A program made the translations under genes and the position numbers. A DNA stretch of 64,000 bases from Armatimonadota bacterium (GTDB lineage Bacteria; Armatimonadota; SYMT01): NCBI GenBank assembly GCA_041690135.1, contig JAWLHY010000002.1:288001-352000 (forward strand), given 5' to 3'. Below, one piece after another: positions 56,290-64,000 of this stretch; position 1 is the stretch's first letter, and each line of letters opens with the position of its first letter. A model generated the notes under the pieces. The model was not told the DNA's origin, ran no database searches, and was given only the letters and a program-made list of their open reading frames with translations.

Positions 56290-58779
56290 CTACGATGTGA
56301 GATCCACTTCCGCGCCACCGGAGGCGATCAGCCTCTGTAACGCTTCCGGGTCCACGGGCTTGACCAGGTGTTCGTGGAAACCGGCCTGGTGAGCGTTGTG
56401 CCGATCCTCGGCGAGGCCGTAGCCGGTGACGGCGATGAGCCGGGTCGCGTGGGTGGCGGGGTCTTCCCGGAGCGTCCGGGCGACGTCGTAGCCGCTCATT
56501 CCGGGGAGTTGGATATCACACAGCACCACCTGCGGCCGGAACTCGCGGGCGGCTTCCACCCCGGTGGGGCCGTCTAGAGCCACGCGGACCTCGTGCCCGT
56601 ACAGTTCGAGCAGGTCCCGCATCGTTTCCGCGGCGTCCCGGTTATCTTCGATCACCAGGACCCGCAAAACGGGGGCATCCGTCGCGGGGCTGGGAGACGG
56701 CTCCGCGGGAGCGGGCGCCCGCTCCCGCGGTAGTTGCACGATGAACTCCGCTCCCAGCCCGGACCCGGCGCTTGCGGCCCGGATCTCCCCTCCATGCATC
56801 TGGACCAGTCCCTGTGCGAGGGCGAGCCCCAGCCCCAGCCCCCCACGCTCGCAGCTCCGGTTATCCTGGACGAAAGGATCGAATAGATGGGGGAGCAGGT
56901 CGGGCCGGATGCCGATGCCGGTGTCGCGCACCTGCAGGACGGCCCATTCTCCGTTGTCGGAAGGGACCAATCTCACGGAAACCGTCCCCCCCGCGTCCGT
57001 GAACTTCGTCGCGTTCTGCAGCAGATTGTCGAGTACCTGGGCGAGACGTGTCGGGTCTCCCCGGACGAAGACGGCTTCGTCCGGCAGTTCCAGTTCGAGG
57101 TGGAGACCCGTTTGCTCCACCTCGCTCCGGTGATCCTCCACGGTGCTGCGGACCAATTCCCGCAGGTCTACCTGCTGGAAGCTGAGCAGCAGTTTTCCTC
57201 GCGCGATGCGGGTGATGTTGAGCAGGTCGTCGATCAGGCGCGTCTCATGCCGGAGTTGGCGTTTGATGGTCTCCAGGGCACGGCAGGCGAGTGGGTGCTC
57301 CGGAGCGAGCAACTCGAGGATGCGCACTCCATTCCGAATCGGCCCGAGTGGATTCCGGAGCTCATGGCCGAGGAGAGCCAGGAAGCGGGTTTTGTTCTCA
57401 TCCGCCTGCTGAAGTTCCTGGAACAAGCGGGCGTTGTCAAGGGCCAGCGCCGCCCGGCCGACCAGCTCTTGCACCAGGGCCAGGCAGTTCTCATCATAAG
57501 ACCGCCCGGAATGGGAAGCCAGCAGGGTCACGGCGCCGAGCGTCCGGCCCCGGGCCAACAGCGGCACGGCCAACGCCGCGTGCGGACGGATCTGTCGCAG
57601 CGCCTCCAGGTGTTCGGGAGCGAGGTCGAGTTGCTCCAGGTGAGCCTCGGTGATTTCGTCGCAGAGCACCGCCTCGCCCGAGCGGATGACCCGCGCTGCC
57701 GGGCTGATCGAGTGGAGATCGGGAGCGAACCGGCGGAGAACGGCTTCGACTGCGTCCGGATCGCTTCCGGATTGGCGGACCCCCTCCCGCCGCACGACCC
57801 CATTCTCCTGCACCACGTCGATGAGACACCAGTCGGCCAGGCGGGGCACGAACAGGTGCGTGACCCGGTCTAGCGTCGTTTCATAATCGAGCGAATTCGC
57901 CAGGGTGCGACTGGCCTCGGACAGGAGGCGCATGGCATCTTCCGCCAGTTTCCGCCACGTCACGTCGGTCACCATTGCCAGTACCCCTTCGAAGGTACCG
58001 CGATCGTCGAAGATAGGGCGCGTGGAAACGATCGCCCACACCTCTTTGCCATCCCGGCGCCGGTAGCGGAAGTCGTGCTCCTCCATGATGCCCAGGCGGC
58101 GACGCTCCAGCTTCCGCCGCAACTCGCTCCGATCCTCCGGGAAGACGAAATCCGAGACGGGGCGCCCGACCATTTCCTCGACCGTGTAGCCGAGCATCTC
58201 CGCCATCCGCTGGTTGACGTAGGTGGTGTGGGCCGCGGCATCCACCAGCCACACGCCCTCCGTGGCTGTTTCGACGATGCGCCGATAGCGCTCTTCACTC
58301 GCCTGCAGCGCCTGCTGCGTGCAGAGGCGATAGTCCCGGCTCGCCCCCTCGATGGCCCGGTCGAGCACGTCGTGGATCACGGCGCGGACGTTGAACGGAA
58401 GGGGGCCTTCCGCCTCGAGTTCCTCCAGCAGGATGCGCCGGAGCAAACGGTATTCGGCGATCAACTGGTCCAGGGAGTATCCCGGCAGCGTGGCCCGCTG
58501 CTCGGCATGACGGCGCGGAGCCGCCGGCGACATCGTTCCTCCCTCCGGTCGGGACAGCAGGTCCGACAACTGTTCGAGGAACTCCGGAAGGCTGTTGTGG
58601 AGGGAGCTTTCGTCCCGCCCGCGCGCGGCGGGTACCTCAACACGCACGACCTCCGCCCAGCGCGAGAGAATCTCCGGAATAGTTCGTCTCAGGCGCTGGG
58701 CCACGGCCGCTCGCTGGCTGTTTGGCGAACTGCCAGCTACTGCTTCGCCGACCTCGTTGCTGCTCATCCCGGGACTCAT
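56290..58779 (-). CDS. Hybrid sensor histidine kinase (RsbRD-N-like, PAS, GAF, HisKA, HATPase, receiver)
   Basis: LGHELRNPL, NLLQNATKFT, DTGIGI, receiver IEDN..CDIQLP..KP; start uncertain. Confidence 0.92.
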   Translation of the reverse strand: MSPGMSSNEVGEAVAGSSPNSQRAAVAQRLRRTIPEILSRWAEVVRVEVPAARGRDESSLHNSLPEFLEQLSDLLSRPEGGTMSPAAPRRHAEQRATLPGYSLDQLIAEYRLLRRILLEELEAEGPLPFNVRAVIHDVLDRAIEGASRDYRLCTQQALQASEERYRRIVETATEGVWLVDAAAHTTYVNQRMAEMLGYTVEEMVGRPVSDFVFPEDRSELRRKLERRRLGIMEEHDFRYRRRDGKEVWAIVSTRPIFDDRGTFEGVLAMVTDVTWRKLAEDAMRLLSEASRTLANSLDYETTLDRVTHLFVPRLADWCLIDVVQENGVVRREGVRQSGSDPDAVEAVLRRFAPDLHSISPAARVIRSGEAVLCDEITEAHLEQLDLAPEHLEALRQIRPHAALAVPLLARGRTLGAVTLLASHSGRSYDENCLALVQELVGRAALALDNARLFQELQQADENKTRFLALLGHELRNPLGPIRNGVRILELLAPEHPLACRALETIKRQLRHETRLIDDLLNITRIARGKLLLSFQQVDLRELVRSTVEDHRSEVEQTGLHLELELPDEAVFVRGDPTRLAQVLDNLLQNATKFTDAGGTVSVRLVPSDNGEWAVLQVRDTGIGIRPDLLPHLFDPFVQDNRSCERGGLGLGLALAQGLVQMHGGEIRAASAGSGLGAEFIVQLPRERAPAPAEPSPSPATDAPVLRVLVIEDNRDAAETMRDLLELYGHEVRVALDGPTGVEAAREFRPQVVLCDIQLPGMSGYDVARTLREDPATHATRLIAVTGYGLAEDRHNAHQAGFHEHLVKPVDPEALQRLIASGGAEVDLTS

Positions 58780-58949
58780 ACCCAGGCAAGTGTGAGGTGT
58801 CTGCCGGATCGGGAGGTCAATCAGCAGGCGTTTTACCTCTTCCGGGCCAACCGGCTTCACCCGGTGGATGTCCAATCCGGCCCGGCGACCACGCTCCTAC
58901 TGCCTCTTCCGTCCCGGGGAGGAACCTGTTATACTGATTGCAACAACCA

Positions 58950-59023
58950 CGGGGTGTGGCGCAGCTTGGTAGCGTGCCTGCTTTGGGAGCAGGAGGTCGC
59001 AGGTTCAAATCCTGTCGCCCCGA
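58950..59023 (+). tRNA. tRNA-Pro(TGG)
   Basis: CGGGGTG/CGCCCCG acceptor, CCTGC-TTTGGGA-GCAGG anticodon arm, GGTTCAAATCC T-loop; CCA not encoded. Confidence 0.96.
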
Positions 59024-59043
59024 TCCGGGACCGGCTCATGCAT

Positions 59044-59076
59044 CGAAGACCTCAAGCCTTGGGCTTGAGGTCTTCG
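59044..59076 (+). terminator. Hairpin after tRNA-Pro
   Basis: CGAAGACCTCAAGCC-TTG-GGCTTGAGGTCTTCG perfect 15-bp stem. Confidence 0.75.
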
Positions 59077-59141
59077 GCATTTTCTGGCTTACCGTAACCG
59101 GGTGCCCGTCCCCGCGTTCCTCATGCCGGAGGTGATTCAGC

Positions 59142-59612
59142 ATGTACCGGCATACCCAAACGGGCTGGGTGATCATCGTGTCTCTCGGTGGCGCGCTGGT
59201 GTTCGTGGTCGGGCTCGCGCTACTGCTGAATGCGGGTGGCGCTCCTCTTCCCCCACCGGTGACCGGCCTCCTCGGGATCGTCTCCGCCGTTCTTCTCATT
59301 TGCCTGGTGCTCTTCGGATCTCTGACGGTGAGCGTGGATGCCGTGAGGGTGGAGGCCCGGTTTGGTCCGGGGCTGATCCGCGTCAGCTTCCCGTTGGCCG
59401 AAATCGATGCCTGCCGGGTGGTGCGGAACGAGGCCTGGATGGGTTGGGGGATTCACTATTACGGGCGGGGCTGGCTCTACAATGTTTCTGGCATGAAAGC
59501 GGTGGAGTTGCAACTGCGAGACGGCAGGGAGTGTCGCATCGGCACGGACGAGCCGGAGGCGCTGAGCGCGGCCATTTCCACGCACCGGCCCGCCCTACTC
59601 CCCGGCGGTTGA
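59142..59612 (+). CDS. Small membrane protein with PH-like domain
   Basis: YRHTQ, two TMs, GWGI, WLYNVSG..AVEL, IGTDEP; GGAGGT RBS. Confidence 0.75.
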   Translation: MYRHTQTGWVIIVSLGGALVFVVGLALLLNAGGAPLPPPVTGLLGIVSAVLLICLVLFGSLTVSVDAVRVEARFGPGLIRVSFPLAEIDACRVVRNEAWMGWGIHYYGRGWLYNVSGMKAVELQLRDGRECRIGTDEPEALSAAISTHRPALLPGG

Positions 59613-59680
59613 CGGGAACGGGAACAAGCCTCCGGGAGTGAAGGTCCGGCGGCCCGTCCCGGAGGATACCTCCGGAAGGC

Positions 59681-60541
59681 TTACGGGAAGCAGCGTGAAC
59701 AGGGCGTGCAGCCTTTCGCGCGGGCAGCCTCTATTCCCATCCCCGTGGCGCTCTTGCGAAGATAGCGGCACCCCATGTGGTGGTATTTCTTGCCGCTGGT
59801 CGTTACGTAGACCGTATCACCGATGGCAGGCGGCGTCTGTGTCGGCGGCGTGGGGAGAGTTTCACGCGAGCGCGGCTGTTCCGATCGCTGCTCCGGAGGC
59901 GATGCTGACGCGGGTCCCTCGACCGGCGAGGTCTTCGGGCGGGGCCTGCTATCCGAAGGTTTACGCTGCGCCGGCAGCGGGCGTATCCGGATGGGCGCCA
60001 GCCCTTCTCCGGGGGCGGGTTCCACGGGGACGGCCTTGACCTCGGCCGGCTCCCGATTGGGCGGAGGCAGCGGGCGAGTGGTAGCCGGGAAGGAAAGGGG
60101 TTTATCTTCCCGAACCGGCGCGCGCCCGGGTTGGGTGGGTTGGGCCGTATCCCCGGAAGGGGATTTCGGGACCCAGGCCCAGGGCAGAACGGGCACTCCG
60201 GGGGTGGGGCGACCCTGGAATCGACGCGGCTCGGTAGTACCGGCCGGACGTGGATGACCGGGTCGTGCGGCGGGCTGCTCTGGCCGGGTCCCTCCACGCT
60301 TTGGGGTCGGGGAAGCGCGGTCGACGTCCTGCGACTTCCTGAGTGCTTCGGGGTAGACCCAGTCTTCCACGCCCGCGGGAGTGGAGGGAATCCTGGTAGA
60401 GTGCGCCGGAACCACCTGGGGCGCCGGACGCGCGCCGGTACAACCTGTTGGCCCCAGGAGCAGGCTCCCGGCCGCAACCAGGAAATACCACTCCCGGCGA
60501 AACTGGCCGTTCCCCGTTTGGCGCGGAGCGGTGCGGCACAT
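59681..60541 (-). CDS. Pro-rich putative lipoprotein with C-terminal Ada-like Zn-binding domain
   Basis: PTGC possible lipobox; VYVT.SGKKYH..GCRYL..S...A..KG.TPCSRC; start uncertain. Confidence 0.6.
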   Translation of the reverse strand: MCRTAPRQTGNGQFRREWYFLVAAGSLLLGPTGCTGARPAPQVVPAHSTRIPSTPAGVEDWVYPEALRKSQDVDRASPTPKRGGTRPEQPAARPGHPRPAGTTEPRRFQGRPTPGVPVLPWAWVPKSPSGDTAQPTQPGRAPVREDKPLSFPATTRPLPPPNREPAEVKAVPVEPAPGEGLAPIRIRPLPAQRKPSDSRPRPKTSPVEGPASASPPEQRSEQPRSRETLPTPPTQTPPAIGDTVYVTTSGKKYHHMGCRYLRKSATGMGIEAARAKGCTPCSRCFP

Positions 60542-60958
60542 TGGGCTGCTTCCTGCCGGACGGCATCCCGGTAACAGTGGGGTCAGTGGAGAAGCCCCTC
60601 TGTTAACCGGCTTCCACAGGGGTGTTTGGCCGTCCAGGATCAATTTCCTCCGTAAATGGCCAAACAGACACACAGCCCCAGAGCGAGGGAGTCACGCGGT
60701 TGAGACCTCGCTCTGGGGCTGCTGTGTCAGCATCCCTCTCTGCTTGCGAAGAGCCTATTCCACAGATCCGGCCCCCGCAAACCTTATCTTCCCCCTTAAT
60801 TAAGGGATTGATCAGAAAAGTTTCCGCCGAACGAAGCTAGGGGCGCCGAACTTCACCTTCGGCCCGGTTTCTCGTCGGGATGCGGGGGTAATACTCTCCG
60901 TCCGGAATACACCCGCTGCCGAGTGGGCGTGTCGGCAGGGCAAAGGGTAGGGAGGCGC

Positions 60959-62320
60959 ATGGCACAGGGAAGGACAGCCCCCCAGGCATTGGCAGGGGGC
61001 CCGGAGCGGCAACCGGCGCTCGGACGGATGGTTCGCGCGCTCCGGTACCGGAACTACCGCCTGTTCTTCGGCGGACAACTGGTCTCTCTGATCGGCACCT
61101 GGCTGCAGCAGGTGGCCCTGAGCTGGCTGGTGTATCGCCTTACGGGATCTGCCTTGCTGCTGGGGGTGGTGGGCTTCGCGGGCCAGATTCCCGCCTTCCT
61201 GCTGTCGCCGCTGGCGGGCGTGATGGTGGACCGCTGGCCCCGGCATCGGGTGCTGCTGATCACCCAAACGTTGATGATGCTCCAGGCGGGCGTGCTCGCC
61301 GCCCTGGTGCTGTTGGGGCAGATCGAAATTTGGATGCTGCTCGCGCTCGCGGCGTTCCAGGGGATCGTCAACGCTTTCGACATGCCCGCGCGCCAGGCAT
61401 TCGTAGTCCAGATCGTCGAGGATCGCGCCGACCTTCCGAACGCCATCGCGTTGAACTCCTCCATGTTCAACGGAGCGCGGCTCGTCGGACCGGCGATGGC
61501 GGGGATCCTGGTCGCCGCCGTGGGGGAAGGCTGGTGCTTCCTCCTGAACAGCGTGAGCTACCTGGCGGTCCTGATTGCGCTGCTCATGATCCGCGTGGCG
61601 CCGCAGGCCCTCGCCCCCGGACGTCCGAACATCTTCGCCAGCGTGCGCGAGGGCTCGGGCTATGCCTTCGGCTTCCCGCCCATCCGCGCCCTCTTGCTGT
61701 TGATCGCCGTGATCAGTCTCGTCGGCATGCCTTATACCGTGCTGATGCCGGTGTTCGCCACCGAGGTCCTGGGAGGGAATGCTACCACCCTGGGCTGGCT
61801 GATGGCCGCCTCCGGATCGGGAGCCCTGGCCAGCGCCCTCTACCTCGCATCACGGCATACGGTGCTGGGCCTGGGCCGGATCATCATCCTCGGCGTGCTG
61901 CTGTTCGGCGGGGGGCTCGTGGCCTTCTCCTTCTCACGGGAGCTCTGGCTCTCCTTACTCCTGATGGTGGTTTCGGGCGGCGGGATGATGCTCCAGATGG
62001 CCTCCGGGAATACGGTGCTGCAGACCATCGTGGAGGAGGACAAGCGTGGCCGGGTGATGAGCCTTTATTCCATGGCCTTTATGGGGATGGCCCCGTTCGG
62101 GAGCCTGCTGGCCGGATGGCTCTCCAGCCGGATCGGCGCTCCCACCACGCTGGCGATCTGCGGGGGGCTCGCCGCGCTGGCGGGGCTGGTTTTCGGGCGC
62201 ATGCTGCCGGCTCTTCGGGAGCACGTCCGCCCCATCTACGTCCGCGCGGGCATCCTGCCGGAGACCGCCGCCGGTGTGCAGATCGCGACGGAGCTTACGC
62301 GTCCGCCCGAGACTCGGTAG
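60959..62320 (+). CDS. MFS transporter (DHA3-like)
   Basis: RNYRLFFGGQ.VS.IGTW, D.PARQAF, NAIALNS..FN.AR, RGRVMS; about 12 TMs. Confidence 0.92.
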   Translation: MAQGRTAPQALAGGPERQPALGRMVRALRYRNYRLFFGGQLVSLIGTWLQQVALSWLVYRLTGSALLLGVVGFAGQIPAFLLSPLAGVMVDRWPRHRVLLITQTLMMLQAGVLAALVLLGQIEIWMLLALAAFQGIVNAFDMPARQAFVVQIVEDRADLPNAIALNSSMFNGARLVGPAMAGILVAAVGEGWCFLLNSVSYLAVLIALLMIRVAPQALAPGRPNIFASVREGSGYAFGFPPIRALLLLIAVISLVGMPYTVLMPVFATEVLGGNATTLGWLMAASGSGALASALYLASRHTVLGLGRIIILGVLLFGGGLVAFSFSRELWLSLLLMVVSGGGMMLQMASGNTVLQTIVEEDKRGRVMSLYSMAFMGMAPFGSLLAGWLSSRIGAPTTLAICGGLAALAGLVFGRMLPALREHVRPIYVRAGILPETAAGVQIATELTRPPETR

Positions 62321-62430
62321 AGTGCTGCTCGGTATCTCTCCTGTCAGGTTTCGATTCCGGCCTCCACGGGGAGGCTTAGCGGGGAATGCCGGCAGCGACG
62401 CCGGAGTTCCGCGAGAGAAAGGGGGACCGC

Positions 62431-62787
62431 ATGGCGGACCGAATGAAGAACGAAGAGATGACGCACGACCAGATGACGCATGAGGATTGGAACGAATACC
62501 GTGGCCGGTACGAGGCCGACTACGATATGCACTACGGCACCACCGGCCGCCCGTGGCAGGACTACGAGCCCGCCTACCGGTTCGGGCACGATCTGGGCTG
62601 CCGAGAGGAATACCGCAACCAGGATTGGGCCACGGTGGAACCACATGCCCGCAAGCATTGGGAAAGCGGCGATGGCGCGAACGGCGAAAGCGGCGGTCTG
62701 AAAGGCGCCTGGGAAGATTTCAAAGACTCCGTGCGTTACGCCTGGAATGAGGTAACCGGCAAAGAGCATCACCGCCGGGCGGCGTAA
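62431..62787 (+). CDS. Hypothetical protein
   Basis: YEPAYRFG, W..VE, WE.FKD.VR.AW motifs; GGGGGA RBS. Confidence 0.7.
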   Translation: MADRMKNEEMTHDQMTHEDWNEYRGRYEADYDMHYGTTGRPWQDYEPAYRFGHDLGCREEYRNQDWATVEPHARKHWESGDGANGESGGLKGAWEDFKDSVRYAWNEVTGKEHHRRAA

Positions 62788-62799
62788 CCCTGGAGAGCG

Positions 62800-64000
62800 A
62801 TGCGACAACTCCTCATCGAAGTACCTTCGGGTCAGGGCGCTCGCGTCCTGAACACGGCCGAGCGGCGCCGCGGTGCGAACCTGGTCCGGTTAGACGCCCG
62901 AGGCGCCGCTGGCCCCGTTGAACTGGCGATCGTCCATGTGCCGAACCGGGAGGTGGAGCCGCTCATCGCCGAATTGCAGGAGATCGATAAGTTGCGGGTG
63001 ACGCTTCTGCCCCAGGGGGTGATCAACCTTCAGCCCCCCCAGGAGGAAGCCCCGGAGCAAGCCACGGATATCGAGCCGCGCAGCCCCTTGGAAATCTTCT
63101 TCTCCGGCCTGCAGAGCGTGGGTTCGTGGAAGGGGTTCCTGGCCTACGCCGCCGCCGCGGGGTTCGTGGTCTGGATCGGGTTATTCACGAATACGGTCTA
63201 CCTGCTGGTGGCCGCGATGTTGATCGCGCCGTTCGCCGGGCCGGCCATGAACGTGGCGATGGGCACGGCTCGGGGCGACGCGGCGCTGATCCGTAAGGGT
63301 ATCTCGCGTTACTTCGCCTCGCTCGCGGTAGCGATATTGATCAGTCTCGCGTTGACTCTGGTCTTCCGGCAGGAGATCGCCACGCAGCAGATGGTCGAGA
63401 TCAGCGAAATCTCCGCAGTGGCCGCGCTGCTTCCGCTGGCGGCCGGGGCCGCGGGTGCGCTGAACCTCTGCCAGTCGGACCGGAACAGCCTGGTATCGGG
63501 GGCGGCCGTCGGGATGTTGATCGCCGCCTCCCTGGCGCCGCCGGCCGGGGTCATCGGGATGGCCGCCGCCATGGGTGAATGGCCGATGGCGAAGTCCGGG
63601 GCGTTTCTCCTGCTGCTCCAACTTCTGGCGATCAACGTTTCCGGGGCCCTGGTGTTCCGTCTTTATGGTCTCACCCCGGAGGGTCCCCGGTTCTCCCGCG
63701 GGCGGCAGTGGCTCTTTCCGGTAGCGCTGGGGGTGACCCTGCTCGGCCTGGGAGGGGTCCTGGCCTGGCAATTCTCCAGCCGGCCCAACCTGCAGCGCTC
63801 CAGCCAGGCCCAGCGGGCCGCCCAGGAGGTGAAGCAGGCCGTCAACGAGAGCGGGCTGGCGCGCCTGGTGGAGGCCAACATGCGGTTTACCCGTGCGGAC
63901 ATTCCCGGGCAAAACTCCCTGCTCGGGGTGCTCTACGTCCAGCGCGCGGAGGGCGTGGACCTGCCGGCGGAAGTGATCCGCCGGCGCCTCACCGAAACCG
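62800..64000 (+). CDS. DUF389 domain membrane protein (runs off the window end; absent from the ORF track)
   Basis: ATG 62800 after GGAGAG; MRQLLIEVP.., LLVAAMLIAPFAGPAMN, PLAAGAAGAL, GMLIAASLAPP. Confidence 0.8.
   Translation, partial: MRQLLIEVPSGQGARVLNTAERRRGANLVRLDARGAAGPVELAIVHVPNREVEPLIAELQEIDKLRVTLLPQGVINLQPPQEEAPEQATDIEPRSPLEIFFSGLQSVGSWKGFLAYAAAAGFVVWIGLFTNTVYLLVAAMLIAPFAGPAMNVAMGTARGDAALIRKGISRYFASLAVAILISLALTLVFRQEIATQQMVEISEISAVAALLPLAAGAAGALNLCQSDRNSLVSGAAVGMLIAASLAPPAGVIGMAAAMGEWPMAKSGAFLLLLQLLAINVSGALVFRLYGLTPEGPRFSRGRQWLFPVALGVTLLGLGGVLAWQFSSRPNLQRSSQAQRAAQEVKQAVNESGLARLVEANMRFTRADIPGQNSLLGVLYVQRAEGVDLPAEVIRRRLTET

Noticed and set aside
58950-59100. Integrative element at tRNA-Pro
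   Set aside because: No integrase and no duplicated tRNA 3' end seen in the window.

Overview
High-GC bacterial chromosome segment. The gene repertoire (DUF1559/H-X9-DG prepilin-like protein, DUF1552/DUF1592 pair, DUF1501, DUF1080, DUF4058) suggests Armatimonadota or a Planctomycetota-like organism; this is inferred from gene content only. Most of the window is ordinary metabolism and signalling: esterases, two hybrid histidine kinases, thrC, a xylose-isomerase-like enzyme, SOD, GH1, an MFS transporter and tRNA-Pro(TGG). The stand-out region is a co-oriented RNA-centred island at about 11.1-20.6 kb. Its first part is a sigma70-like promoter, a structured leader, a tRNA-shaped RNA whose anticodon arm is replaced by a Y-RNA-like stem, a second Y-like hairpin at the RBS, and a Ro60/Rsr (TROVE-vWA) gene. 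Then, 50 bp after the rsr stop and behind a candidate GAAC-N4-GTTT LexA box, comes a complete retron msr-msd ncRNA. It is followed by a helical-repeat protein with an inserted LVIVD propeller, a SWIM-BRCT protein and a retron reverse transcriptase (NAxxH, YADD, VTG). The retron resembles the Mx162/type XIII class. Its direct juxtaposition with a Ro60/Y-RNA module is the best candidate here for an undescribed system. All family calls come from motif recognition by eye; no searches were run.
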